NCBI GenBank assembly: GCA_964057225.1 | Contig: OZ059895.1 | Location: 8,556,001-8,620,000, forward strand | From: Auanema rhodensis | Lineage: Eukaryota > Animalia > Nematoda | DNA: 64,000 nucleotides | Reading direction: 5' to 3' | Shown here: piece after piece, positions 26,501 to 41,500 of the stretch | Position numbering within the stretch: position 1 is the first letter of the stretch | How the letters are laid out: each line of letters starts with the position of its first letter | Notes under the pieces: model-generated | The model's input: the letters and a program-made list of their open reading frames with translations, nothing else | Database searches by the model: none | What the model was told of the DNA's origin: nothing | Translations under genes and position numbers: made by a program

Positions 26501-26830
26501 TTGTTTTTTTTAATATTTAAAGTTATAATCAAACCAATATATTAAAAATATTCTGCTCAAAAATTAGGATATCATTACTGTATTTTTTTAATGTCGTATT
26601 AAACTATCTGTTACTTTTTATATTTATCTATTTTCCGTATTTACGATGTAGTTACATAAAGTCATGCTTGTTTACGCAAAATAAAAAGCTAGTTTTCATT
26701 CTTTTCTCATTCCTATTTTAGGAGTTAACAGTTTATTATTTATTCTTGAAAGCTAATTGTTCACTTAATTAGATATTTGCGTATTATTCAAATTTTTTTA
26801 GCATACGTTTATGCATATTTTGCCTCTAGA

Positions 26831-28975
26831 ATGGCGGAAGAATATGATGAAGATTTCAATTATTCTGACTCAGGTAGTGAGAACAATGATAATCAGGTAA
26901 TTCATTTTTGTCATTATTTTTTTTTCACTATTCGACTCGGTCGGTCATGAATTGTTCTGTCAGTTCTGAGTTTGATTCTTTCCAGGTTTTCATATTAAAC
27001 CTAAATATATATATAATATTAAAAAATTATTTTTGAGGGATTGAGTGAAGATGATGGGATTGAGATGGAACAGGAAGATTGTTCTATAAATACTAAAGAT
27101 AGTGCCATTCTGGAGCGATCTGTATGCTACTTATACTTTTTTGATATTATTTTCAATGAATAGGTGATGACAAATGAGGATCTCATTCGTGATATGAATG
27201 ATTCTATTGCCGAAGTTGCCATGATATTACGGATCAACGCTGGAACCTGTAGAATTCTTTTAAATAAATTTAATTGGAACAAAGAAAGTTTATTGGAACG
27301 GTAGCTTTAATTACATAATTTGCTTTTAATTCCATATTTTATAGTTATTATGAAAATCCCGATACGGATGCTTTTCTCAAGTCATACAAAGTTTGTCTCA
27401 TTCATAAATTCTATCACTTTATTATTGCTCTTATAGGTCATACCAAGTATAGATTTCCCTAAACCCCCGAATAATGATGAATGCATAGTATGTTGTACAA
27501 ATTTACCTCTTAGTGGTCTTCAATGTAACCATTGGTGCTGTAGCCCTTGCTGGGAAACGTATCTCAACACAAAGGTATTTTGCCATATAATTTATCAAAT
27601 AATGCTTAAAAATAATAGATTATGAACGACAACACTGCTGATATACAATGCTTTGCATTTGACTGTCCTCTTCTTATAGAAGATGAAAAGGTTTTGCTAT
27701 TTTTATTTCCCAGTTAACGTTATTGTGTTTAGGTTTTGTCATATATAACTAGAGACGATGTTCGCTCAGCGTATCGTCGCCTAATGGTTAATAGTTTTGT
27801 CGAGTCGAACAGATTAGTAAAGTGGTGTCCTGGGCCCGATTGTGGAAAAGCCATAAAAGTGGATTGTTAGATATACTCTAGATTAATATTTTCCGTTATA
27901 GGTTGCTCAAGCTGAAGCGCGACCTGTTGTATGTTCTTGTAATACCTGTTTCTGTTTTGGATGTGCACATGAATGGCATGAACCAGTTAATTGCCGTCTT
28001 CTTAAACTCTGGCTAAAAAAATGCAATGATGATAGTGAAACTAGTAATTGGATTAATGCGAACACCAAAGAATGTCCAAAGTGTCAGGTATGCTTATGTG
28101 CTCGTATGCAAAACGGTAATTTTTCGTCAGGTTACCATTGAAAAAGATGGTGGTTGTAATCACATGACATGTAAAAATGCTGTCTGTAAGATGGAATTTT
28201 GCTGGATGTGCTTAGGACCTTGGGAGCCTCATGGAAGTGCTTGGTACAGTTGTAATAGGTAAGCCCGTATCTCAACTAAAAGTTTATTTGGTACCCTGTA
28301 GATATGATGATACCAATGCCAAAAAGGCAAGAGACGCACAAGAACGATCTCGAGCTGCATTGCAGCGGTATCTTCATTATTATAACCGATACATGAATCA
28401 TCAAGCAAGTTTGAAATTGGAAAATAAGGTATAGCTCTTTGCATATTCTGTTTTTAATTTGGGTTTTCCTTTAGCTTTATGCTACTGTCAAATCAAAGAT
28501 GGAACTGATGCAGCAACAGTCTATGTCTTGGATAGAGGTTATATTTGTTTGTTCTTGCTGATCAATTTATTTTAATTCAGGTTCAATTTCTTAGAAAAGC
28601 TGTTGATGTTCTATCGGAATGTAGGCGAACCCTTATGTATACATATGCTTTTGCTTATTATCTACAACATGACAATCAATCTATAATTTTTGAAGATAAT
28701 CAAAAGGTTTTTTTAAAACTAAGTATTTAATATTCATTGTTTACTTTCCAGGATCTCGAAATAGCTACTGAGCAACTTTCTGAATTTTTGGAAAGAGATT
28801 TACCTAACGAAAATTTAGTAACATTGAAGCAAAAGGTAATTTTAAAAAATATATATTTTATTTTCAAATTCTTCAGGTGCAAGATAAGTACAGGTATGTT
28901 GATAAGCGTCGACTGGTGTTATTGAAGCATTGTCAAGAAGGTGCTGAACGAGAATCTTGGAAATTCACAGAATAA
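26831..28975 (+). CDS. ari-1: Ariadne RBR E3 ubiquitin ligase (ARIH1-like)
   Basis: Acidic N-terminus, RING1, IBR (KWCPGPDC), RING2 ([24 protein letters not shown]...[13 protein letters not shown]) and Ariadne domain ([31 protein letters not shown]). Confidence 0.95.
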
Positions 28976-29484
28976 TAATTTGAAATATTAGTACCTTAAC
29001 CCATACCCTCTAATATATACAAATACAGCATAGTACACATAAGTGTGCAGATATAATAGTTATACTAAATACTCTATGAGTGTTGCAATTGTCACAAATT
29101 GAACAGGAATACTGGTCGTTGTATTTAAAATCCAAATGTAATTACTTTAATGTATATTCTTTTTTTACAGGTTTTACCCTCACAGTTATATTATATCATT
29201 TGTTTTATAATAGGGTATTACTTAACTTATTAGACCGAGTACCACGCATCTTGTCACTTAGAAATTTATGTTCTCATTATTTTAGAAACAAGACATGCTT
29301 CTCAAAGTTTTTAAGTTGGCGCTAAAGGTTCCTCAAGTCATAAAATGTCTATAAATGAATATTTTGTTTTTTTATATTAAAGTAAACAGGCAGTTAGAGC
29401 TCTGGTCAAGACTATTTAATATATTTCCTCAGCTTTTGTTAAAATCTTAAATATAGGTTACATTCAAGAAAACAATAACTAAAA

Positions 29485-31477
29485 ATGTCTTTGGCCGAAG
29501 AGTTAATGGCAGATTTTGATGATGATGAGGATGATGTTGAGGAAATGGATGCTGCAGATGATGTAATGAGGGAAACGAAGCGAATTTGACTAGTGTATGC
29601 TTTATAGGTGAAAAAGGAGGAAGAAATTGAAGAAGCTACTGAAATATCGATACCATTATATGCTACCGTGTTTGATGTTGCAAAATTGTCGGGAACAGAG
29701 AAGTAATTTTCTGAAAATTTACTGTTTTAAATCATTCAATTATAGTTATCGCGGTCTTGTCCTCTCTCTTCATCAAGAATTGGGTAGACCGGAAGATGTG
29801 CATGTTACTGCTCCTTTGGAAGCAGACCCTCAATATCAGCTCATCGTTAAACTATCACATGTATGACGGATTTATTTTGTATTTGATTATAATTTCAATT
29901 TTCAGTTGGCTGCTGACATTGACAACGAAATTCACGTAATCCACAAGTTTGTAAGAGACAAGTACGAAAAACGATTCCCTGAATTGGAAACCCTTGTTCC
30001 TAATCCTTTGGAGTATTTAGCTGCTGTTAAGTTATTAGGAAACGAAATCAATACTAAAGGACAGAATAAAGTTTTTTTTTCATAAATACATCTTAATTTT
30101 TTGTCCATTACAGGAATTGCTCGGACAAATTCTTGCTCCAGCCACTTGTATTGTAGTATCTGTTACTGCTTCTACTACCCAAGGAAAAGTTTTAGAGCAA
30201 GATGAACTTAGTGCTATCAATGAAGCCTGTGATTTAGCTGAGCGATTACATAATGTATGGTTCAATCATTAGAAATTTTGATCTGTATTATCTTCAGGAT
30301 CGTGTTGCTATGTACAGATTGATCGAATTACGGATGGCTTTAATTGCTCCGAACTTGGTGAACTTGTTAGGTGCCCATACTACTGCTTTATTGGTACAAA
30401 TCAAATTCAATTTTTTGAAAATCATATTCTTCTGACCTAGGTTTCTCAAGCAGGAGGATTAGCTCCATTATCAAGAATGCCTGCATGTAACATTCAAGTA
30501 TTAGGAAAACAAAAAAAAGCTTTGTCCGGTTTCTCCTCATCAATGGTTAACCAACACGTTGGATTCGTCTATTACCATCCGTTAGTTCAAAGCTTGCCGC
30601 CTGATTTGAAACAGTAAGCATATATGCATGTTTATAAATGTACTTAAAAAAATAATATAGGAAAGCCATGAAAGTTCTTGCTGCTAAAACTACACTAGCA
30701 GCACGCGTAGACTCCTTACATCAGTCTCCTGATGGTAGTATTGGCCGCGAGCTTCTTGAACAGGTTTTTTTCTACATTTTGTTGCATTTATTATCGCTAT
30801 TATGTTTAGGTTGAAAAGAAATATGAAAAAATGCAGGAGCCTCCACCAGTTAAATTCCAAAAAGCTTTACCTAAGCCATTAGATAAAGCTAGCAAGAAAA
30901 GAGGAGGTAACAACTCGTTTTCTTTCAATGTTACGTTTGCAATGAATGCTTTTCAGGACGAAGAGCACGTAAAATGAAAGAACGTCTTGGTCTGACTGAT
31001 TTACGCAAGAGTGCTAACAGAATGAACTTCGGAGAACTAGGAGAAGATGTGATGCAAGATCACATGGGCTTCGATCTTGGACAAGTGCTTTGCAAAATTG
31101 GAAAAATGTGCTTAATCTTTGCCATCTTAGGCCAAAACTGGAAACGTTACGGGTGGTCGGATTCGCACTGCTGCCGTTGATAACAAAACAAGAGTTCGTA
31201 TGTCGAACAAACTGCAGAAACAGATGGAGCGCCAGCGAGCACTGGGCGGAGTTTCCAGTATTAGGAATAAGGTTAGCTTTTCTGCAGATTTTAACGTTAT
31301 ATTCGAGAGTTTTAGGTTGCTGGTACAGCGTCGTCTGTTACATTTACTCCTATTCAAGGCTTGGAAATTGTTAATCCTACAGCTAAAGAAACATCTGGCA
31401 GTTCCACTTCTACTTATTTCTCTTCCTCTGCAACTTTCATGAAAGTTGAACCTAAAATGGAATTAGGAATGGAATAA
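29485..31477 (+). CDS. prp-31: U4/U6 snRNP splicing factor PRP31
   Basis: MSLAEELMADF, LEADPQYQLIV, KRFPELETLV, Nop domain (IAPNL, AGGLAPLSRMPACNIQVLG), KKRGGRRARKMKER, RKSANRMNFG and SSVTFTPIQGLEI. Confidence 0.96.
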
Positions 31478-32153
31478 TTAATTAAAAATTGTTAAATTGT
31501 TGTTATTGTATGACTTGGTCTCTTGGAACTATACGGCGTATAAACCTCTTCCTTTTTTATAATTTTTGTTGGTTAATAACATGAATCTTCATACACAACA
31601 CAGCTCTTAGTGGTCTTTATTCAATTATTGTCTTGAAGAGCAAAACTTGAAACATTCTTCATATCATATATCTTCAAGTTTTATAGTGCTATTCGTTTAG
31701 TACTTCTACCTAATGAGAAAACTCAAAGCCGATGCGCCAATTGAGTTACAATGACGAAGATTGAAGAGCAGGAAGTCCAATTCGAAATGGTGAATGAAGT
31801 CAGGAGAGAGAGAGATGTAGCTTGGCTTTGTCAATACTGATTAATTTTTTCTTTCTTCTCTTCTGATTCGTAATATTTTTTTATATTTTTCGTTTTTGTG
31901 CTTTACTTCATTAACTAGTTCTATATTCATTTTTTTTATTTTTAACGTTTTAACAAAATTTTCCAACTAAATATGTTAAGAATTCGTTATTATAACAATT
32001 TTACTTTCAAATTATTATTGAAGAGAAAATGCGTCAGCCTTCAGTTATGTTAGCTTAACATATCCGTTTCCGTTTCCGGTCCTGAATTTGACGCCTTGTG
32101 TCGTCGCATATGATGTTTCTCTGAAGGAGAAAAACAACTTTCAATTTGTATGG

Positions 32154-34123
32154 ATGGAAATTATTATGTTTTTTGGAGCATTCTTCAGTATATTTCGACT
32201 GATAGAAGGCTCGGATTGTGGAAATATTGAATCAGAAGCAATAGTAGAACGTTTGATGGCAAATTATAGCAGGTAAAACGCAATAAAACTTAAAGTAAAA
32301 TCACTTTCGGATTATCTAGATCTGAAATTCCTGAACCATGGCCCGTCCCAGTTCAAGTAGAAGTTACCGTACAAGATGTTATGGAGTTATCTGTTCTAAG
32401 TAATAGTTTCTCGGCAGATATATGGTTCAGGTTCAGATTTAATTCATTGAGAATATATAAGAACTGTTCGTCTTAAGCTCTATTTGGCATGATCCACGTT
32501 TAGCATTTTCTCATCTAGATAATTGTCGTAAAAATTTATCTTTTGATGATAAATTTGAAAATGTTAGTTTATAAGATATCTTATAGTTTTTTTATTTTTT
32601 AATATTCATCATATCTTTATATCAGGTATTATGGTCACCTAATGTTTGTATTGTTAATACAAAATCAACTGAAGTTCATATGTCACCTAAACCTAATGTG
32701 CTTTTAATGATTTTACCGAATGGGACTGTTTGGCTGAATTATAGAGTTAAAGTACAGTCACCATGTGCTATGAATCTAGCAAGATTTCCAATTGATCAAC
32801 AAGTATGTTCATTGGTTAGTTATTATTATTATTTATTATTTATTATAATATTTATTAAGGTGTTTGAAAGTTATTCATATAATACAGCAACAGTAAGAGT
32901 TGATTGGATGCCAAATCCTGTTACAGTTCTTAATGAGTTATCTCTTCCTGATTTTGATTTATTATCTTTACAAACATTTAAACACACAGAAGTATAATAT
33001 CATGTTCAACAGATTATTTCATGAGCACATCCGTTTCCAGGAATACAAAGCTGGTCAGTGGTATAGATTGACTGTAGAATTTCGTTTCAGAAGACGTTAC
33101 GGTTTCTATATCCTACAGGTTCATAAAGATCTTTTTTTATTGTTGAAAATGAACTTACACCTCTTTCAGATGTATTTTCCAACTTATATTTCAGTCTTCA
33201 TTTCGTGGATAGCCTTCTGTATCGATACTAAAGCTTTGCCAGCTCGGATTGTGCTTGGAGTTAATTCGTTGATGTCATTGACATTTCAGGTAAAATAAAA
33301 ATTAAAAACCAAATGCATTATTTCTCGTATAGTTTGGAAATATTATCCGTTCATTACCTCCAGTATCATATATTAAAGCTATTGATATATGGATGTTTAC
33401 TTGTGTAGCATTTATATTCGCTTCTTTAGTAGAACTGGCATATGTTGCTTATCAGGTTAGTCAATCAGCTTAAAAACTGTTTTCAACTGTGTTTCGACGA
33501 GTATCACTCTAATTTTTATTTTGAGCTAAAATGACAAACATTTAGTTGCGTGACATATTCAATGTTAGATAGCTTTGATAACTAATTTTCCTTGAAAATT
33601 TTCTAAATTCATTTCCAAGGTTAAAACATAATTACGTCATACTAGAATAAAACTATTTTAATTAATTTACCAATAGGATAAGAAACTCATTCTGCGAACA
33701 AGCAAGTGGAATCCAACTTTTAATGCTGTCTTACACTTTCTTAGAACATTTGATCCACTGGCTGAAACGGCTCATGTAGCTAATGAAGTACCTGAAGTAT
33801 TTATAATTGTTGTAACAAGTAATTGAAGTAAAGTTGTATAGGCTCCTCCACCAAGACAATCTTATTTCGAGGATGAAGAAGAAACTTACCTAGAAGATGA
33901 ATTAGCTCAACATCGTCAACGGATGTATCTTCGACGCAAAAATAGTCTTTTAGATTTTGGAAGCAGAGTTGATCGTATATCTTTTATAGCTTTTCCTTTA
34001 GTAAGTTCCAATAACTTTTAAATAAATATAGAATTTGTCATATTTCAGTGTTTCTTCGTTTTCAATGTAGTATACTGGAGTTACTTTCTTCAAGATGAAA
34101 CCCCTATTTCTACTACGTCATGA
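32154..34123 (+). CDS. Cys-loop ligand-gated anion channel subunit (ACC/LGC chloride channel type)
   Basis: Signal peptide, Cys loop [16 protein letters not shown]1 [23 protein letters not shown], anion-selective PAR before M2 ([21 protein letters not shown]), M3 YIKAIDIW and M4 [10 protein letters not shown]. Confidence 0.93.
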
Positions 34124-35314
34124 CATCTTCTTTGACCTATTGTACAGAAATAAATTATATTAAAACAACCCAAATAATTTGATTTAAACAAAAACTTTGA
34201 TTAGATACAAGGTATAGTATCATACTCTCTTCTAAACTAGACTGTTTTTATATTGTCGCATGTATAAAGTTTTTAAAATTGAATCAATATTTTGTAATAA
34301 TTTTTAAATAATATCATATAAAGATATTTGAAAAAGAATAATAAATGAAACCCTTACTATAAACATTTAGAAGAAGTTGTTTTGGTTCACATGACATTTT
34401 TTATCAGTGATATGGTTAAAAATGCTCGGATTGCATGGGAATAGGTTCTAAGTCGGGAGTTAGATATATATCAGTTAAAGTGAGCTGGAGAACAAAATCA
34501 GAGAAAAAAATGAAATAGTGTGAGAATAATAGCGAGAATGGGAAAGAAAGTTAAAAGAGACTGAGAGAGAAAAAACAAAAAAGAGACAAAGAGGGAGAAT
34601 TAGAGATAAAAGTCCGGCTTGATAAGGAAACTGTTATACATCATAGGACAGCCTAACAAATTGCGCAACGGTTCTAGAGTGAAAAGCATTGTTCTGGGTT
34701 CATATCACAAAGTCATGCAAACAGTGATCATCAGGTGAGTACAGCTGATAGTCCAGCTCTTCCTTTGTGCACTATTCTCTAGCTTCTGATTCGTTTCTTC
34801 TCTTGTTACTTAAGCTTTTTTTTATATTGTTTATGTATTACTAACACCAAAAAATAAAATAAAAAAAGCAATTGAATGCATGATGATTTGTGATTGATTG
34901 CAGAAATTTCTTTGTTATTATATTAGATGACATTATTCAAATATGACCATTATTAGAACAACATTTGTCTCAAAAGTTTATTGAAAACTATTTTCAAATC
35001 AAATATGTACATTCACATGTTTTAATGTATAAATCAAATTATCATTTATAGTTTTTTTTTCCTTTTTGCATTATACAAAGTTCAATCTATTAACGTTGAC
35101 TGACATACTTATGTATATTAATGTCTAAATATGTTCTTTATCTATTTTAGTTATTTCAGAACTAAGTCGTATTCGTAATTTTTCGAAATCATTTTCTTCA
35201 TCTGACAAGAGCTCAGCTACCATATTTTTCTATTCATCAATATAGTTTAAAGTGTTCAATATATAAACATCTGCATTCGAAGATTCTTAACTTAGACACG
35301 TTCATTCATGAATA

Positions 35315-37978
35315 ATGGCAACTCGAACCGCAACCAGTACTTCTGCTCCCCTTGTAACTGATTATCGTGAGTACAATTCAAACATATTACTTCAAATCTT
35401 ATCAGAGCTAAATCAAAGAAAAAGCGACTATAAACTTGTGTACACAGAAATAAATTCTTCTTCTTGTATACTATGTAAATTTGTCAATTTTACACCGATC
35501 TTCTTAGTGCTTCCTTATCAAATAAAATTGGTGGGCGCAAAATTGATATCTTCTGATTATTTTATGGCCATCATAGTTTTGAACTTTGAGATTCATATAG
35601 CTTCTGTTAAGTTTATAAAAAGAAAGAATCTATATTAACTATTGTTTTTCTTCTAATCATTATTTATATTTTATAATTTTAGCATTATGGTCTTTCAATT
35701 CAATACGATTCCAAATTTTGGTCCTCATAGCTTTGGCTATGGCTGTATTCGCTTTAATAAGAGGATCTCTGTCTATGGCACTTGTATGCATGATAGAATT
35801 GTAAGTTAATTCAAATATTCAATTTCTAATAATCTACTTTCTCAATAGACCATCAAACTCTTCTGATATCAGTGAACCTACTGTAAGTTGCCAACTGTAT
35901 TCCAACTATTGGATTGAATTTTATTTCAGTCACCCTATAGAGTAACATGGAGCGTAGAACATCAAGCCGAGGTTCACACAAGTTTTTATGTTGGAGCTTT
36001 GTTTTCAGTTTTTTTGGCTGGTCATTTAGTTAAAAAGTAGGAATATACATAGGTAAAAGATTTATATTATAATATTATATTATTATAGACATGGAGCTAA
36101 GAAAACAATGGCACTTGGCATCATATTGAATATTTTTGGATCTATTGTTATTCCTTTTTGTGTTATATTTCTGAAGTCTTACGTAGCTGTGATGATTCCA
36201 CGTTTTCTAACAGGTCTTGGAAGTGGTATTTCTTCAACTTTAACTTTTCCAACAGACAGTAAATTTCTTTGAGGTTTTGCAATTCCATGTGGTTCTGTTA
36301 TAATAACAAGATGGTTTCCTATTTCTGAGAAAAGCACAGCTATGGCTTTATTTACAACCGGTAGGGGTTTGAACATTGAATAAATTTGTTTATTCCAAAA
36401 ATAAACAAGTAAACAAAATCATTTCAAGGTAATCAAATTGGTATTGCTGCTGCAATGGTTTTAACCGCAAAGTTTTGCTTATTAGATTCTATTTTCGGTG
36501 GTTGGCCAATAGCTTTTATTTTGTACGGTAATACACATATACATTAATATTAATATTAAACTAAATTAATTTAATTTTTAGGAATTATTGGAGCTGTATT
36601 CTTACTAATTTGGTTTTTACGAACTACGGATAAGCCACGTAATTCTAAATACATTACTGCAGCAGAATTAGAATATATTGTTGGATCACGTGAGAATCGT
36701 AAACGCACTAATACAATAATGGTTCCAACTCCATATAAAATGGTTTGATTTACTTTAATTTTTAATTTTAAATTCTTGTTATAGATATTCAAATCATATT
36801 GTGTTTTTGCTATTTGTATTTGTTCATTTGCTCAATCTTTTGTCATCGTTGGATTAATTACATATCTACCCTCATACTATCAGTCTGTTTTGAAGCTGAG
36901 TATTGGCAACGTAAGAAAAATGGAATATTATATTCTAACATACTCAAAATGGTTTGGTTGAATATACCATCCGTTTATTGCACGAACAGTTGCATTCCTG
37001 ACATATGAGCTTTTTCTAGAATGGGATATGGTCATCTGTTCCATTTTTCGTTCAAATATTCACAAAAATACTTTTCGGAATTGTCGCCGACAATTTAAAG
37101 AAACGGCGTATTTCAGCTTGCTTAATTACAAAGGTATCTAATGCTATTGGTAAGATTTAATTTCTGAATCTTTTTCAAAATTTAAACTTCTAGCAAGCTT
37201 TGGAACTGCCATTTGTATACTATTGGTCTCCGTTCTTGGAGAGAATGATCAAATTTTGATTATGATACTGATGTGCATGTCCATGGGCTGCTTGTCAGGA
37301 TATGTAGCTGGTTACAATACTAGTATCGTTACTGTAGCCCCCCAGGTTTTTGATCTAACAATGATATAACTTTTACATTTAAACTTTTCAGTTCACAGCA
37401 TTTGTGTCTTCATATTCCCAAATATATTCACAAGCTGCGAGCACAATTGCTCCGTATCTCCTTGGCTCTATAACCAAACATGTATGATCAAACATCTGCA
37501 AAATATTTCTTTATTTTCTAATTCATTCAGAGCGAAGAGAGGGAATGGAAAATAGTCTTCTATCTCTTAGCTGGTATTCTTATCTCTTCCGGAATTGTCT
37601 TCCAATTCTTAGGCCATGGTATATACAGAAATCAAATGATCAATAAGTAATTTCATTTAGGTCGTAGCGAGTCATGGGGAGAAGTTGCATCACTCAATCC
37701 TTCTCTTCGTTTAAGCATGGCTTCGGTGAATATTGGCAATAGTACTCAATCAGAACAACTAAATGTTCACAAAACTAGCACTATTGATGACTTAAATGCG
37801 AAACTTCTCTCAGAATCAGAGCCTATACGAAAAAGAACACCAAGAGTTTCGTATAGTATAAGGTTCATTTAGATAAGAAAACCATAAAACAAATTATATT
37901 AGTTATAGCTGTCGAGAAGACGACACAACAGTATCGATGCCAATGGAAGACGTAGAAGATGATTGTATAGAAGAGTAG
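35315..37978 (+). CDS. SLC17/ACS-family MFS anion transporter
   Basis: RLIRGSLSMALVCM, ITRWFPISEKSTAMALFTTGNQIG, GGWPIAFILYG, YITAAELEYI, YLPSYYQSVL, GYNTSIVTVAPQ. The start exon is less certain. Confidence 0.88.
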
Positions 37979-38570
37979 TTTTTATAAGAACCTAAAATAA
38001 TAATTTATATCTAGTCATAAGAATATGTTAGATTTATTCAAAAAAACATATCGTAATCAACAACTCCAATCAATGTTCAAAGGAGTTAATCATTCAAATC
38101 TCATGTGATCTGTATTACTTGTTACACATTCCGTTGATTTTTTTTAATATTTCTATATTGCTATTTGAATAAACTTCAAATTATCTTCGTTATAATTTAA
38201 TTATTTCACAACATTGAAAACTTATAAACATTACCAGATTAGACAGTAATAAAACACGTTAAACCTCTGGTTGATTGTTAACTGAACTGATGAAATACGC
38301 GGGAATTTTAGGAGATTTGGGCAATATTATCGATTAATTAATTATGAATAAGAGTTAAGACTCTTTTCCCTATATATAATCGGAGCAATGTTTTTCGATT
38401 TTTTGAAGTTTTTTATGTGTGTAGATATGCAAATATATATTTTTTTCTCAAATTGAATCAAAATTTAATCTGAAATTACATTTTGAATAGTTCTGTATTT
38501 TGTTGCAGATTTATCAGAATATTCCTCAATTTTATTCTTTTGCAGGTATTTTATAATAAAATAAAATTCC

Positions 38571-41500
38571 ATGCAGCAAGATGCTTCATTGTCTGGGAAG
38601 ACGTGTTCTCTCGTCAGAGAATGTTTTTTACCTCCATCCCACTTAAATATAAACAATGGATTAGGCGATATAAAAGTGTTAAATATAAATTCTAGGTTAG
38701 ATCTCTATTTGGTTTATATGTACAATAATTTAATTTAGAACGGCTTTTTATTCTGAGCTCAGAAATGTTTCTACACAAGGAGCTACCTGCTTGAAAGAAT
38801 GTTGTAGGAAGTATTTAGTCTTGTAATCTTCATCTCTTCAAAGTATTTCTTTAGACAATCTTATGGCGATATGCAGTATTTAACAAGGGGAACTAGTTCT
38901 GTAAATTTTAACATATTAGAAACTTCATTAGCTGGATTTTTCTTAAGGTTAATTCATATGAGCGGCCTGAAATGGATTATCAAAATTCGATGGAATTTTT
39001 GCTAAACACTGAGAATATGAACCAGTTTTATGATTATCGGACTATCGAGATTAACCCGGTTACTGGAAGGAAAACTATCTATGAAGATAGCTATAATAGT
39101 TCTGGTGTACCAGTGCAATATTCTTATATCTCTTACGCACCTATTGTGGATCCAAATAATGACATAACGAAGAAAAATGAAAGTTCTTATGTTCAATCTC
39201 AAAAGAGTTCTGTTCCAAAATGTAGTACTGTTGTCGCTGCTCCTCTTCGTCTTGAACAGATTAAAACTCTTAGCAATAAGCAGACTGAGCCGAGCACCTC
39301 TACTCCTGTTCTTAAAGAATCTGAAACTGCTCCAGCTAGTGTCTCAGCTAGTGCTTCAGCTAATGTTCCAGCTAGTGTCTCAACTAGTGCTCCAACTAGT
39401 GCTCCAACTAGTGCTCCAACTAGTGCTCCAACTAGTGCTCCAACTAGTGCTCCAACTAGTGCTCTAGTTAGTGATCCAGTTAGTACCATTTCTGAGAGCG
39501 GTCATGCGCGTAGAAAATCTGGACGTGGACGTAGGAAATCTGGACGTGGTCGCCCTGCAAAGAAATATGAACCAGCTGTTTTGGCAGAAAGTACCTTAAT
39601 TGATCAGGCTGTTCAATCTCCTGCACCTATTGAAGAGAAAAATAATTCTGATATACATAACAAAACTCCTGGTAATAATTACTAGGTTTTAATTTACACA
39701 CATTTCTGTTTACAGAGGGTAATACATCTAGAATTCCTTCGAAATATTCCAAAATACTGGTATTATTTGATATACCTTTACAGTTAAATTTTTTTTATAG
39801 GGAACTGGAAACAATGATGCTAGACTTCTATTTCAGACTCCTATGTCTGCTGTAAGTTTTGTGTAACTTATAGTTGATGTGTTTATGTTTAGGTAAATTC
39901 CGATAATGAATGTTCAGATCTTGGGTTCACTAGAGGAACTTCAGTTCCTGCTTTGGTATATGAGTACTGCTGTGTCTTTTTTATAATCATTTTAGGATTT
40001 GGATACACCGAAAAATTTTTCAAATAGTTCTTCACGGATACCAGCTAAATACCGGAATGCGCTAATAGGGGTTGAAGAATTGTTTCATACAAATCATAAC
40101 AAAAATAATTTAGTCTTTTAAAGAAAAGTTTAACGACAGCATCGCATCAATCGAATCTGGAGGAACAAATGCACTAGAAGAGTCATGCAATGAAACCTGT
40201 AAAAGTGATAGTGTTTTTTTTTCCGATGAAAATTCTGAAGTTTGTTTTAATATTGAGAAAGAATAAGATCATTTCTCGTTTAGGATCGCAATGATGATAG
40301 CCGATTGGATTTGAGTAGCGTATATCAAACACCTGTTGTAGATTTTGTATGAATTTATAATTTTATTCTCCTAATTTCAGAAGCAGGATTTAACTTCTTT
40401 GGATGCCACATTCACTGACGGTACCATAGCAGCGGTTTGATAATATAATTAACTAAGTGTACTAAAGCTGCTTCTAGACACCTAATGAAGAATTCTTCAC
40501 TCCTTCTTGTGACGATATAATACAAACTGGCAGTCAACCAAGAAGCCGAAGAAGGCGACGAAGACCTCTGGTAATCAGAAAAAGTCGGAAGAAGTCATAT
40601 GCTCCGCCTGAATATCATTTACCTAAAGTTCGTTGTTATTTTATTTTTTATCGTTCATGTTTTCTTTAGACATTTATTCGAGAAGCGTATGATCTTCAAA
40701 TTCCCGCCGCAACTCTAATTGAATCTAGTGGTAACTTCTTAAGCGAAGAATCTATTCAGGATGATTTGATTGCCCGGGCTAAATATTTGGTATGATATTA
40801 TCAAATTAAGTAAAGTTATAATAAGAATAGGATACAACTGAAATAACAAAGTCTGGTGGAGTTGTGTGGATAAATCTTGGTTTACAGTTCAAAATGGAAG
40901 CTTTATATAGGTTTTTTCCTAATAAAGGAGGTTTTCCTTACTACTGTTTTATAGAGCACCTTATCCTCCTCGTTTTGCACTACTTAATGAGCTTTATGTT
41001 TGTCGGACATGTTTCAGCTATTACGCTACAGCCCAAGCTTTGACCAGTCATATGGTTTTTTTGGAAATGTTATTGTTTTAATTAAGCTTTTTTTAGGAGA
41101 GATGTGTTTTCCAAACAATGCCCCCAGGAACCGAAATTTATCGGGATACTGTCAATCATCTTTCAATATTTGAAGTCCGAGGAGATGATCAGCAAGTTAG
41201 TGTTATTGAATTTTAACTTATGACCATCGATTTTAAGTTGTATTGCTCAAATCTGTCGATGTTAACGATGCTTTGGCTACGAGACAAGGTAGTATACTTA
41301 GATGTTCAACCATTCTCTTACTTTGTTCTTGCGACTCCTAATGCAGATGGTCATTTTCTACCTCTAGGCTATTTTAGTAAAGTAGTTAAATTTTCTTCCA
41401 ACTGATTCAATTAATATTTTTTTCAAGCAAAGAGTAAATGGAGAGAATCATAACTTATGCTGTTTTTGCATTCTTCCATGTTTCCAAAAACGTGGATTTG

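Noticed and set aside
39177-39489. Overlapping ORFs with QLVL and GALV repeats
   Set aside because: They are alternative-frame and antisense readings of the 12-nt PTSA minisatellite.
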